A DNA stretch of 64,000 bases from assembly GCA_002269645.1 (NCBI GenBank), contig NIVC01002164.1, forward strand, positions 124,001-188,000. Reading direction: 5' to 3'. The DNA comes from Macrostomum lignano. Its lineage: Eukaryota. How positions within the stretch are numbered: position 1 is the stretch's first letter; each line of letters starts with the position of its first letter. Shown here piece after piece: positions 12,201 through 25,422 of this stretch. The position numbers and the translations under genes were made by a program. The notes under the pieces were generated by a model. That model saw nothing but the letters and a program-made list of their open reading frames with translations, did no database searches and was not told where the DNA came from.

Positions 12201-15200
12201 TCTGTCCTCCTTCATGGGCCGCATCCGTGATGTAGGCAGCCGAGTCACAGAGACCGTGGCCGCCATGAGCCGTGAAGGCCTGGACCTGCACTACCTCACC
12301 AGCCGGCTGGCCGTCATGTCCTACCCGGCCGAGGGCCTCGAGTCCGCCTATCGCAATCACTACGAGGACGTGCGCGCCTTCCTGGACTCCAGGCATCCCA
12401 GAGCCTACGCTGTTTACAATTTGAGCACCAGGCGATATCCGCAATCCCGATTTGAAGGCCGCGTCTCCGAGGTCGGCTGGGAGGCCGGCACTGCGCCTCC
12501 GCTGGCTTCCCTGTTTGCCATCCTGCGCAACATGCAGCTCTGGCTGCGGCAGGTAAATCACGGATGCCTGAGTCTGCCCCAGTGCTTGAGTCTGCCCCAG
12601 TGCTTGAGTCTGCCCCAGTGCTTGAGTCTGCCCCAGTGCTTGAGTCTGCCCCAGTGCTTGAGTCTGCCTCAGTGCTTGAGTCTGCCTTAGTGCCTGAGTC
12701 TGCCCCAGTGCCTGAGTCTGCCCCAGTGCCTGAGTCTGCCCCAGTGCTTGAGTCTGCCCCAGTGCTTGAGTCTGCCTCAGTGCTTGAGTCTGCCTCAGTG
12801 CTTGAGTCTGCCTCAGTGCTTGAGTCTGCCCCAGTGCTTGAGTCTGCTTCAGTGCTTGAGTCTGCCTCAGTGCTTGAGTCTGCCCCAGTGCTTGAGTCTG
12901 CCCCAGTGCTTGAGTCTGCCCCAGTGCTTGAGTCTGCCCCAGTGCTTGAGTCTGCCCCAGTGCTTGAGTCTCCCTCAGTGCTTGAATCCGTTTCTCCATT
13001 CATATTTCTGCAGCACTGCAATCCAGCGCAGCCCATTGCCCATCACCGCCCCATCCCCAGGGTCCCCACACGATCTGCGTTCTCCACTGCCTGGACGGCA
13101 AGGCCAGCAGCGCCCTGGTGTCCGCCGCCACCTGCTGCTTCCTCCGCCTTTTCCCTTCACCGCGCCATGGCCTCGAGCTGTTCGCCGCCCGACGCTGCCC
13201 GCCAAACATTTCGCCCTCGCAGCGTCGCTACGCCGACTACACGGCGGAGATGGCTGCCGACCCGCCGCGGCTGCCCCACCGTCGCCCGGTGATGCTGGTG
13301 ACGCTCACGCTCACCCCGGTGCCCATGTTCAACCGTCAGCGCCGCGGCTGCACCCCCTACGCCGAGGTTTGGGCCAACGGCGAGCGGGTGCTGAGCACCT
13401 GTCCGGAGTCCTACGAGGCCATGCGGCCAGCGCTTGTTGAGGACGGCCAGGTCCGGCTCGGCCTCAACATATCCGTGTGCGGCGATGTCACCATCTCCGT
13501 GTTCCACGCGCGCTCCACGCTGGGCGGCAAGATGCAGGGCAGGGTAAGTCTTGAGCTGGGCCACTGCCGCCCTCCCAGATCCCCAGTTGCTGAGCCAGCC
13601 TCCCAGATCCTCAGTTGCTGAGCCAGCCTCCCAGATCCTCAGTTGTTGGGCCAGCCTCCCAGATCCTCAGTTGCTGGGCCAGCCTCCCAGATCCTCAGTT
13701 GCTGGGCCAGCCTCCCAGATCCTCAGTTGCTGGGCCAGCCTCCCAGATCCCCAGTTGCTGAGCCACTGCCGCCATCCCAGATCGTCAGTTGCTGGGCCAG
13801 CCTCCCAGATCCTCAGTTGCTGGGCCAGCCTCCCAGATCCTCAGTTGCTGAGCCAGCCTCCCAGATCCTCAGTTGCTGAGCCAGCCTCTCAGATCCTCAG
13901 TTGCTGAGCCAGCCTCCTAGATCTCTAATTTAACAGCAATTCCAACTTTTAAACAAGAACTCAGTCTTTCAAATCTAGCTCGTACTTTCTTATTCGCCAT
14001 GCTCATACTTAATGCTTCCTTCGGTGAATAGCACTTTCCATTAGGCAGTTGTTTCCACCGCTTTTTTCAGTCTCGAAATTGGATAAAAAAGGTAATGCTT
14101 TTCAGTTAGTGTAGCTTATATTTTAGTATATAGGATTTCAGCAAATCTCTGGTTTGGGGTCTTTAAGAGTTTCGTTTTTTTCCTTCATGCGTTTCATTGT
14201 TGCTTTCAATGGAGATTGCGTTAGTTCAACTGCGGTCAGGCAGATAACAGGTTGCGTGCTTCGTACTTCATATTTTTAGTCTGAATTTTTGTTTTCTTCT
14301 CATATTTTCTGTTTTTAATGAACTTTTAACAAAATGTGCATTGAATTGCAATGCACTTTTGCAGATCAGCTCCATGAAGATCTGTCAGGTTCAGTTTCAC
14401 ACTGGCTTCGTTCGAGAGGACTTTGACCGACTCAACTTTACTAAGTGAGACGTCTGTCGTGTTGTTATGATCTGACCCACAACAGGAATCCCCTCTGACC
14501 CACAACAGGAATCTCTCTGACCCACAACAGGAATCCCCTCTGACCCACAACAGGAATCCCCTCTGACCCACAACAGGAATCCCCTCTGACCCACAACAGG
14601 AATCCCCTCTGACCCACAACAGGAATCCCCTCTGACCCACAACAGGAATCCCCTCTGACCCACAACAGGAATCCCCTCTGACCCACAACAGGAATCCCCT
14701 CTGACCCACAACAGGAATCCCCTCTGACCCACAACAGGAATCCCCTCTGACCCACAACAGGAATCCCCTCTGACCCACAACAGGAATCCCCTCTGACCCA
14801 CAACAGGAATCCCCTCTGACCCACAACAGGAATCCCCTCTGACCCACAACAGGAATCCCCTCTGACCCACAACAGGAATCCCCTCCGACCCACCATAAGA
14901 ATCGCCTCTGACCCACCATAAAAATCGCCTCTGATCCACCATATGAATCGCCTCTGACCCACCATAAAAATCGCCTCTGACCTACCATAAGAATCGCCTC
15001 TGACCCACAACAGGAATCCCCCCTGACCCACAAAAGGAATCCCCCTGACCCACAACAGGAATCCCCTCTGACCCAAAACAGGAATCCCCTCTGACCCACC
15101 ATAAGAATCGCCTCTGACCCACCACAAGAATCGCCTCTGACCCACCATAAGAATCGCCTCTGATCCACCATAAGAATCGCCTCTGACCCACCACAAGAAT

Positions 15201-17893
15201 CGCCTCTGACCCACAACAAGAATCGCCTCTGACCCACATCAAAAATCGCCTCTGACCCACAACAAGAATCGCCTCTGACCCACCACAAGAATCGCCTCTG
15301 ACCCACAACAAAAATCGCCTCTGACCCACAACAAGAATCGCCTCTGACCCACAACAAGAATCGCCTCTGACCCACAACAAGAATCGCCTCTGACCCACCA
15401 CAAGAATCGCCTCTGACCCACAACAAGAATCGCCTCCGATCTGTTAAATCCAGATGCGAGCTGGACTTCCTCGACACGGACGACAAGTACTCGAGCGACT
15501 TCAAGCTCTCCCTAGACTTGGTCGTGTCGCCGCAGGACAAGCCGCTAGTGGACGGGCCGCCGCCCTGGGACGGCTTCCAGGCGCGCGGTTTGAAGCCCCG
15601 CCTGTTAGTGTCCGAAGACGAGGAGCTCGCCAAGCTGCGCGCCGATTTCATGCGAGACGGCGAGGCGCCGCCTCTGGCCAGCCCGGTTAGCTCGCAGGAC
15701 TCGCCGCTGGCCGACAACGAGCCGGCTGCACCCGCCGCCGCCGCCGCCGCCGCCGCCGCACCACCGAAGCCGCAGCGCGAAGGCGGCTCTTCCTTCTTCG
15801 ACACCCTGGACTGGCAGCACTTGGAGGAGCCGGCGCCATCGGCGCAACCGCCAATCAGCGAGCCGCAGCAGCAGCGCGACGAGGGCCCTCGCGACTATGA
15901 AGCGGAGGCTCTTCGCGCCGCGCACCGAGAAGCCGAGCGGGATCGCGCCGAGGCCGAAGCCGAGAGGCGGCGCAGACTGTCTGGCGGCGGCGGTGGCGGC
16001 GGTTCTGGCAATTTCTGTCCGCCGGAAGAGCCGCACAGGCAGGCCGATTTGGAGCAATCCGCGGCGCTTAACGACGTCTCTGCTGGGGTGGCCGACTTGC
16101 TGGGATTTGGCGGCGGCGGCGGCGGCGGTGGCGGCAGCAACGGCGGCCTGAGCCCAGCGGCCTCGTCGGCCTCGCTGCGCCAGACCCAATCCAACGCCGA
16201 CCTGCTCAGCGACCTGTTCTCCTCGGCTCCAGCTCCCGCCGCAGCGTCTGCGGGGACGACGGCAACGCCGCCTCCGAAGGCTCCCTACGTTGTTGACGAC
16301 TTTTTCGGCGGTCCGAATTTCACAGTCGGAGGCGGCGGCGGGGCCAAATCGGACCTGCTTGACTTTGGCCCCTCGACCGGGGAGGGCAACCTGGAGTTTG
16401 ACCCGTTTGCTCCCATTGGCGGCCAGCAGCAGCAAAAGCCGCAGCATCAGCAAAAGCCGCAGCATCAGCAAAAGCCGCAGCATCAGCAAAAGCCGCAGCA
16501 GCAGCCGCCTAAGCCGCAACCGTCGCGACCTCCCCCGCCGTCTGCCGGCCAGCAGCAGCAGTCGAAGCCCAACTACAGTCGTTCAAATTTCTCTCAACAG
16601 CAGCCGTCACAGCCGCAGCAGACCCAGCCTGCTTCTTCATCGTCCTCCTTTGGCGCCGGTAGCGGCGGCGGCGGCCTATTCGACGATCTGCTCAAGGGCG
16701 CCGGGCACGGCAATTTTGTCGGCGCCGCGCAAAATCAGCGCAAAGAGCCGCGCAGTCTGCACGAGATGCGGCACCAGGCCAGGGCGCAGTCTATGGACCC
16801 GGAGCGGGCCAAGTGAGCAGCTGCGGATTGCTAGACTAGCCAACTTGGATGCAGCAGTATAATGGATTGCTAGACTAGCCAACTTGGATGCAGTAGTAAA
16901 GTGGATTGCTAGACTAGCCAACATAGATGCAGCACTATAATGGATTGCTAGACTAGCCAACTTGAATCCGGAATAAGAGTGGATTGCTATTCTAGCCAAC
17001 TTGGATGCAGGAGTAGAATGGATTGCTAGACTAGCCAACTTGGATGCAGGAGTAGAATGGATTGCTAGACTAGCCAACTTGGATGCAGCAGTATAATGGA
17101 TTGCTAGACTAGCCAACTTGGATGCAGCAGTATAATGGATTGCTAGACTAGCCAACTTGGATGCAGCAGTATAATGGATTGCTAGACTAGCCAACTTGGA
17201 TGCAGCAGTATAATGAATTGCTAGATTAGCCAACTTGGATGCAGCAGTATAATGGATTGCTAGACTAGCCAACTTGGATGCAGCAGTATAATGAATTGCT
17301 AGATTAGCCAACTTGGATGCAGCAGTATAATGGATTGCTAGATTAGCCAACTTGGATGCAGGAGTAGAATGGATTGCTAGACTAGCCAACTTGGATGCAG
17401 GAGTAGAATGGATTGCTAGACTAGCCAACATAGATGCAGCAGTATAATGGATTGCTAGACTAGCCAACTTGGATGCAGGAGTAGAGTGGATTGCTAGACT
17501 AGCCAACTTGTATAAAGGAATAAGAGCGTATAATGGATTGCTAGACTAGCCAACTTGTATAAAGGAATAAGAGCGTATAATGGATTGCTAGACTAGCCAA
17601 CTTCCCTTCCCCGCAGAGTTGAAGCCTGGGTAGCTGGCAAGGAGCGAAACGTGCGCGGTCTGCTCTGCTCGCTGCACACGGTAGTGTGGGAGGGCTGCCG
17701 CTGGACGCAGGTGTCCATGGCCGACCTGGTGTCCGGGGACCAGGTGAAGAAGGTCTACAGAAAGGCCTGTCTGGCCGTCCACCCGGACAAGTGGGCCGGC
17801 ACGCAGCACGAGGCCTTCTCCAAGCTTGTCTTCGTGGAGCTCAACGACGCCTGGTCCGCCTTCGAGGAGTCCGGCATGAAGAGCCTCTATTGA
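9236..17893 (+). CDS. GAK: Cyclin G-associated kinase / auxilin (NAK kinase + PTEN-like + C2 + clathrin-binding + J domain), 1235 aa
   Basis: Exons 9236-9368, 10337-10398, 10468-10763, 10983-11584, 12137-12552, 13061-13543, 14365-14444, 15454-16812, 17617-17893 sum to 3708 nt in frame. Motifs: GGFAFVFEA, HRDLK, CDFGS, TTPQYRAPE, HPFEDGA, YLTSRLAVMSYPAEG, HCLDGK, QFHTGF, DPF/DLL motifs, J-domain HPDK. Confidence 0.97.
10779..10905. repeat. 26-bp minisatellite, GAK intron 3
   Basis: CAGGGCACTGAAGGGTG(GGG/AGT)GAGTGG, about 5 copies. Confidence 0.9.
11750..12113. repeat. 18/19-bp composite minisatellite with CCCTAA motifs, GAK intron 4
   Basis: Units CCTCACCCTAACCTAAAT and CCTCAGGCTCCCAGTAAAT are interleaved. 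Confidence 0.9.
12566..12985. repeat. 18-bp minisatellite, GAK intron 5
   Basis: TGCTTGAGTCTGCCCCAG, about 23 copies. Confidence 0.95.
13570..13925. repeat. 28-bp minisatellite, GAK intron 6
   Basis: GCCTCCCAGATCCTCAGTTGCTG(A/G)GCCA, about 12 copies. Confidence 0.95.
14470..15437. repeat. 23-bp minisatellite, GAK intron 7
   Basis: CTCTGACCCACAACAGGAATCCC grading into CTCTGACCCAC(C/A)A(T/C)AAGAATCGC, about 42 copies. Confidence 0.95.
16824..17602. repeat. 39-bp minisatellite, GAK intron 8
   Basis: TGGATTGCTAGACTAGCCAACTTGGATGCAGCAGTATAA, about 20 copies, running up to the polypyrimidine tract. Confidence 0.95.
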
Positions 17894-18099
17894 GCGGGCG
17901 GTGCACTCGCCCTCCCCCGACCCGCAAATCCATCATCGCATCCTGATTAGCCTCGTGAGCTTTATTCTAACTTTTCAAAATCTCTGAAATCCCGGGATCC
18001 CATCCAAGAAATATCCTAATCATATCGTGTCTCAATGAGATCCTAAATATTAAGTTCCCAGATAATCCCAAGTCTCCAGACCCATAATCATCCCCAATC

Positions 18100-18535
18100 T
18101 CGAGTCTCGATCAGATCCCAAATCTAGAGTCCCGATCAGATCAAATCTCGAGTCCCGATCAGATCCCAAATCTCGAATCCCGCTCAGATCCCAAATTTCT
18201 GAGTCTCGATCAGATCCCAAATCTCGAGTCCCGCTCAGATCCCAAATCTCTGAGTCTCGATCAGATCCCAAATCTCGAGTTCCGCTCAGATCCCAAATCT
18301 CTGAGTCTCGATCAGATCCCAAATCTCGAGTCCCGCTCAGATCCCAAATCTCTGAGTCTCGATCAGATCCCAAATCTCGAGTCCCGCTCAGATCCCAAAT
18401 CTCTGAGTCTCGATCAGATCCCAAATCTCGAGTCCCGCTCAGATCCCAAATCTCTGAGTCTCGATCAGATCCCAAATCGAGTCCCGATCAGATCCCAAAT
18501 CGAGTCCCGATCAGATCCCAAACCTCGAGTCCCGA
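18100..18535. repeat. 51-bp composite tandem repeat downstream of GAK
   Basis: Two related CAGATCCCAAATCTC... subunits alternate. Confidence 0.9.
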
Positions 18536-19794
18536 AGTCCCGAACCTGAAATCCCATGTCTGGAGCCTGTGGATTCCGCAGAATCAGGGGCTAAACGGTT
18601 CTCCAAATCCCAAGTTCCATTACATGATAGTTATTGCTGTTCAGCACCTGAAAATCACTTCATTCACCAATCCCAGATCCCAAGTCCCAAAATGTGTTAC
18701 ATGTAAATTACGCACGGTATATACTACTGATATCAACCGTTATGAATTGGCAATATTTAGCTTCATTACCCAGCATGTGAATGAATATTGGACTGGCTCC
18801 ACTGGGCTCTCATCGGTGCAGCCTGAGGCGGTGTGCAATGACAGTTTATCGCTAATTGGCCAATAATTTTTTAGCCGCCCTGTATATTCCCTATTCGTAA
18901 GCTTAACAAGCTTCATTTTTTCTGTGCTAATGTTTCGGCCGATAGGAACAAATAATACTACTTAGCTAAGCCCGCCGTTCTCAGTAGTATGATTCGGTCA
19001 CCAATTAATTGAATAATTGTTTTATTATTTGTGAGTTTTTATCTGTCTGCTACTCTGTTTTTTTGGTCTTGACAGTGAGTTTAATCTTTAATTGAGCTAT
19101 CATTACGATTTGTGATTCAAATTTTTTTTTTGGTTTTCGGATCTCTTCAACTTTTGTTGTGACGTAATTATTCATTTTTATCGTGTAGCCAGCCTAATTT
19201 GTTACTTTGTGAGCAAGTTCTAAAGTGCTTAAATCTTGGCTATATCCAGAAATGTTGTTACTGCCGTATTAAATTAATTTTAGATTTATCAATCAGTTGG
19301 ATTACTCAGCATATCCTGTTTACTGCAAGCCGCATAATCTGATTCTATTCAATAGCCGAGCCTACTGCCTACTTAAAGTAGACTAGAAAGGAATAAATAT
19401 TATTATTGATATCATTCCAAATGCATCGTACACCGGCCTGTCCCGTTTTGCTGTCTTGTTGTCCTACGATTGAGTCTTATTTTCCTTTGTTTCGGTTTAT
19501 TTAGCAAATTAGTCGCGTTATATAAATTCTGTTCCCAGTGTTGTGACTCCTGTCTGCCGTGGAGAAGATGATTACTTATTAATAATATTATTATTGCTAT
19601 TAAATACACTGACCATTTACTGAGAGGGACGGCCCGCAGTGCCCGATTTGCTGCACGCCTCTCTCTTTGCTGATTCTCAATTCCTTGAATGTCGCATGTT
19701 TAATTGCAATCTGATTTTTTTAAATTCAACTATCATAATTATCAGCAACTCTTCACTGGCGCTTCATTCAGTCATGATATGCAACAACTCCTGG

Positions 19795-20260
19795 GAGGTT
19801 TGGGGATATGAAATTTGAGGATATGAATTTTGGGGGATATGAAGGTTGGGGATATGAAGGTTGGGGATATAAAGGTTGGGGGATATGAAGGTTCGGGATA
19901 TGAATTTTGGGACATATTAAGGTTGGGGATATGAATTTTGGGAGATATGAAGGTTGGGGATATGAATTTTGGGGGATATGTAGGTTGGGGAATATGAAGG
20001 TTGGGGATATGAATTTTGGGGGATACGAAGGTTGGGGAATATGAAGGTTGGGGATATGAATTTTGGGGGATATGAAGGTTGGGGAATATGAAGGTTGGGG
20101 ATATGAAGGTTGGGGATATGAATTTTGGGGGATATGAAGGTTGGGGATATGAATTTTGGAGGATATAAAGTTTGGGAGATATGAAGATTCGGGACAGGAA
20201 GGTTGGGGATATGAAGTTTGGGAGATATTATTAATTTGGGGGATATGGATTTTGGGGGTT
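19795..20260. repeat. Degenerate G-rich ~15-bp tandem repeat
   Basis: GGGGATATGAAGGTT / GGGGATATGAATTTT variants. Confidence 0.85.
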
Positions 20261-21059
20261 TGAAGGTTTGGGGTTATGATTGGGTTTGGGCGGATATGAA
20301 GCTTGGGAATACGAGGTTGGGGAATATAAAGTTCGTGGATTATGAATCCCCATATCATTGAGAAGTGTGAGAAGCACTCCCCCTTAAAATCGGCGCTGTT
20401 TCGAGCCGTCCCATGTTGCCTAAGCCCCAAAGCAACTTTCGGCACCTTCAGCAGGATGGAGAAGTAAGATAGCACTTTACCAACGCATTTATTGGCTTTC
20501 CAAACAAGCTGTCAACTGCCATCTGTCAACTGCCATGCTTCATGAAATTGCGATTGGCCAACATTCGAGTATCGTTTCTGCTGTCAACGAATTGCACAGC
20601 AATGGAATGCGGCCAGTCAATGCCGGGTCACCGGCTATATTTGGTGCCGAACTCTGTCGCTATTTTTAGAATAAATTTGCATAAAATTCCAGCCAGAATT
20701 GGAGTTCAGAAGTTCCTCTCTTTTTCTGGTTCAGTCGAGCGATCAAAACATTTACGATCCTGCTCGTGCACTGCCCGGCGCGTTTCGAATTTGTTTATTA
20801 TGACAGGTGCTAATTGGATATGCAGGGAATTGACTCCCGTAGCCCAGACTTTTGGACGGCCTTATTAGTTAGCTTGTCGTTTTTGTACTATTATACAATT
20901 ACAAGGAATTTTATGATTCAGAGGCTTTGTGAAAACCGACATTTTCTACAGTAGACTAAGGAATACTCTCGCTTTAAAATTTAAGGCTTTGGAACATTGA
21001 AAATAACCTAGATAGAGCCTTCCAAGTCACGTTAGAATGATTGCAGTAACTACAAAACC

Positions 21060-22335
21060 TTTTGAGTAGCTAAAATGAAAATAAGAGTCGTTTTGGAACC
21101 CTCCGAGTAGCTTTAGAACCTTCCGAGTAGCTTTGGAACATTCTGAGTAGCTTTGGAATCTTCCGAGTAGCGTTGGAACCTTCCGAGTAGCGTTGGAACC
21201 TTCTAAGTAGCTTTGGAACCTTCTAAGTAGCTTTGAAACCTTCTAAGTAGCTTTGGAACCTTTTGAGTAGCTTTGGAACATTCTGAATAGCTTTGGAACC
21301 TTCCGAGTAGCTTTGGGACCTTCTAAGTAGCTTTGGAACGTTCCAAGTAGCTTTGGAACGTTCTAAGTAGCTTTGGAACCTTCTAAGTAGCTTTGAAACG
21401 AGCTTTGAAACCTTCTAAGTAGCTTTGGAACCTTTTGTGTAGCTTTGGAACCTTCTAAGTAGCTTTGGAACCTTCTAAGTAGCTTTGGAACCCTCTAAGT
21501 AGCTTTGGAACCTTCTAAGTAGCTTTGGGACGTTCTAAGTAGCTTTGGAACCTTCTAAGTAGCTTTGGGACGTTCTAAGTAGCTTTGGAACCTTCTAAGT
21601 AGCTTTGGAACGAGCTTTGGAACCTTCTAAGTAGCTTTGGAACCTTCCGAGTAGCTTTGGAACCTTCCGAGTAGCTTTGGAACCTTCTAAGTAGCTTTGG
21701 AACCTTCCAAGTAGCTTTGGAACCTTCTAAGTAGCTTTGGAACCTTCTAAGTAGCTTTGGAACCTTCTAAGTAGCTTTGGAACGAGCTTTGGAACCTTCT
21801 AAGTAGCTTTGGAACCTTCCGAGTAGCTTTGGGACCTTCTAAGTAGCTTTGGAACGTTCTAAGTAGCTTTGGAACCTTCTAAGTAGCTTTGGGACGTTCT
21901 AAGTAGCTTTGGAACCTTCTAAGTAGTTTTGGAACGAGCTTTGGAACCTTCTAAGTAGCTTTGGGACGTTCTAAGTAGCTTTGGAACCTTCTAAGTAGCT
22001 TTGGAACGAGTTTTGGAACCTTCTAAGTAGCTTTGGGACCTTCTAAGTAGCTTTGGAACCTTCTAAGTAGCTTTGGGACGTTCTAAGTAGCTTTGGAACC
22101 TTCTAAGTAGTTTTGGAACGAGCTTTGGAACCTTCTAAGTAGCTTTGGGACGTTCTAAGTAGCTTTGGAACCTTCTAAGTAGCTTTGGAACGAGTTTTGG
22201 AACCTTCTAAGTAGCTTTGGGACCCTCTAAGTAGCTTTGGAACCTTTTAAGTAGCTTTGGAACGAGTTTTGGAACATTCTAAGTAGCTTTGGAACCTTCC
22301 GAGTAGCTTTGGAACCTTTCGAGTAGTTTTGGAAC
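21060..22335. repeat. 20-bp minisatellite with 184-bp higher-order period
   Basis: AGTAGCTTTGGAACCTTCTA, about 60 units, with recurring 12-bp truncated units. Diagnostic variants recur 184 bp apart (21923/22107, 22003/22187). Confidence 0.9.
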
Positions 22336-22737
22336 ACTCCGCATGGTGTTTTGACATTTTAAGATAATACCCCAGAAATAATGAAACGTGACACAATAAA
22401 ATTGAAAGTGCGCACTCGTATATTTATTTGTACAAAGTGCATTCTTCATAGCGATAATTTTCGGTTGAGCAGAAAAACCTCCCGCCGCAATCCAATTAAG
22501 CCTTTATTATTCTGGGTTTCTATTCTGTACGCCTCTCGCTTGTCGCATTCAAATTGCGAATTACACCTGGCGCACGGGACACGTCGGATCGAATATCGGA
22601 TTGCGGCTTTTTCTGCTTTTTTTACTTCAGGCTGCCGACAAGCCCTTGGAGCGTCACTTGGCTAATCAGGCGGCTAAATTGCAAACTCGATTGGAATTCT
22701 TCTCTGCGTGGGCGGCCCTGCGCTACCTGAAACGCTC

Positions 22738-23190
22738 GATCCCCTACTCCCCTCCCTACATCTATCCCTGCATCTCCCTACTCTCCTCCCTACATCTCCC
22801 TACTCTACTCCCTGCATCTCCCTACTCTCCTCCCTACATCTTTCCCTGCATCTCCCTACTCTCCTCCCTACATCTCCCTACTCTACTCCCTGCATCTCCC
22901 TACTCCCCTCCCTACATCTTTCCCTGCATCTCCCTACTCTCCTCCCTACATCTCCCTACTCTACTCCCTGCTTCTCCCTACTCTCCTCCCTTAATCAATC
23001 CCTACTCCTCTCTCTACATCTCTCCCTACTCCCCTCCCTGCATCTCCCTACTGTCCTCCCTACATCTCTTCCTACTAACCTCCCTACATCTCCTTACTCT
23101 CCTCCCTGCTTTTCCCTACTCTCCTCCGTGAATCAATCCCTACTTCTCTCCCTACATCTCTCCCTACTCCCCTCCCTGCATCTCCCTACT
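22738..23190. repeat. C/T-rich low-complexity tandem repeat
   Basis: CTCCCTACT / CCCTACATCT / CCCTGCATCT modules. Confidence 0.85.
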
Positions 23191-23642
23191 AATAATAACA
23201 TTCCATCGATGTCCCCAAATCATTTTTGGTTCGCTTTCCGAATCTCCTTTAGCATTCCACGCAAGCAGAATTCACAATAAAAGTGCTAAATGATTTTCAT
23301 TTTCCTGGCTAGTGTTTTTTCGAACAAACCAGCAATCAAGACAGAAAGCATGAACTCGCGCCGCTCGTGTCTGCATTGCTCCGTATGCATGGGCGCGACA
23401 TTGACAATTAACCAATTATTATTTATTACACACTTCGTCTGACGCAGCTGCAAAGCCATTCAAAATTATTCCAATCGTTTCGGCTCCTCAAAGACCTCGC
23501 CGACAAAGTGTCGGGTTACATACAGATTGTCTTCTGCTAAACCCCGAACCGCTCAGTGGCTGCGGACTTCCACGGTAATTTGTTAGCAGCATATACTGCC
23601 GGCCACTGTTGCCTTTGACAACTGCACTTTGCGGTGGACTGA

Positions 23643-23985
<343 letters not shown>

Positions 23986-24504
23986 TAATGTGCGGGTTAA
24001 TAAGAATGGTATGAACTTTGAAGCAGAAGGGTCTCTTGTCTGTCTCTAGCAGAAGCTATTTTTTTTCTTATTCGATGCCGAGCGAAGGTCACCCAGTCCA
24101 CCTGCCTGCTTTATCTGACACTAGCTGCCCAGCACAACCGAAGCAGCTCTCTACAATTAGCTCGTACTGTAGATAGCCGAAAGGCAGCTAACCTCTGCTC
24201 TGCTATTGAGTGCAGCTGTGGGCTCATTGTGCACCCTCCCCGCCTTGGACACATCGCCATTCTCTTTCATTGTTGATTGCCCCCCTAGGCCGAACCTGGC
24301 CTTGGCATTCAGCAATGCCTTGTCCGACCCTGCCTCTGCGGGACTCATTAAAACTGTTGCTGAGCTGCATTATAAAACTCCACGGAACTCCATCGGAAGG
24401 CCACAGCTAACTCTTACCTCCACGGTCTCATGGTCTGTTTAGTCCCATACATCATAAATAGACTACATATAACCGTATCAAAAATATTATAACTCATATT
24501 GAAT

Positions 24505-25422
24505 ACATGCCATAGATCTCACAGATCTCATGCATGCAGATCTCACAGATCTCATACATGCAGATCTCATACATGCAGATCTCATAGATCTCATACATGC
24601 AGATCTCATAGATCTCATACATGCAGATCTCATAGATCTCATACATGCAGATCTCATAGATCTCATACATGCAGATCTCATAGATCTCATACATGCAGAT
24701 CTCATAGATCTCATACATGCAGATCTCATAGATCTCATACATGCAGATCTCACAGATCTCATTACCCTGTAGATCTCACAGATCTCATTACCCTGTAGAT
24801 CTCACAGATCTCATTAGCCTGTAGATCTCATTAGCCTGTAGATCTCATTAGCCTGTAGATCTCATTAGCCTGTAGATCTCATTAGCCTGTAGATCTCATT
24901 AGCCTGTAGATCTCATTAGCCTGTAGATCTCATTAGCCTGTAGATCTCATTAGCCTGTAGATCTCATTAGCCTGTAGATCTCATTAGCCTGTAGATCTCA
25001 TTAGCCTGTAGATCTCATTAGCCTGTAGATCTCATTAGCCTGTAGATCTCATTAGCCTGTAGATCTCATTAGCCTGTAGATCTCATTAGCCTGTAGATCT
25101 CATTAGCCTGTAGATCTCATTAGCCTGTAGATCTCATTAGCCTGTAGATCTCATTAGCCTGTAGACCTCACATATCTCATTAGCCTGTAGATCTCACAGA
25201 TCTCATTAGCCTGTAGATCTCACAGATCTCATTAGCCTGTAGATCTCATTAGCCTGTAGATCTCACAGATCTCATTAGCCTGTAGATCTCACAGATCTCA
25301 TTAGCCTGTAGATCTCACATATCTCATTAGCCTATAGATCTCACAGATCTCATTAGCCTGTAGATCTCACATATCTCATTAGCCTATAGATCTCACAGAT
25401 CTCATTAGCCTGTAGATCTCAT
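24505..25422. repeat. Compound minisatellite built on an AGATCTCA core (24-bp, then 17-bp, then ~27-bp units)
   Basis: ACATGCAGATCTCATAGATCTCAT block, then AGATCTCATTAGCCTGT block, then mixed units. Confidence 0.95.

Noticed and set aside
13061-13120. Missing CX5R arginine in the GAK PTEN-like domain (HCLDGKASS)
   Set aside because: This is normal for GAK/auxilin pseudo-phosphatase domains.
14470-17602. CRISPR-like appearance of regular repeats
   Set aside because: Units are head-to-tail with no unique spacers, there are no cas genes, and the context is eukaryotic introns.
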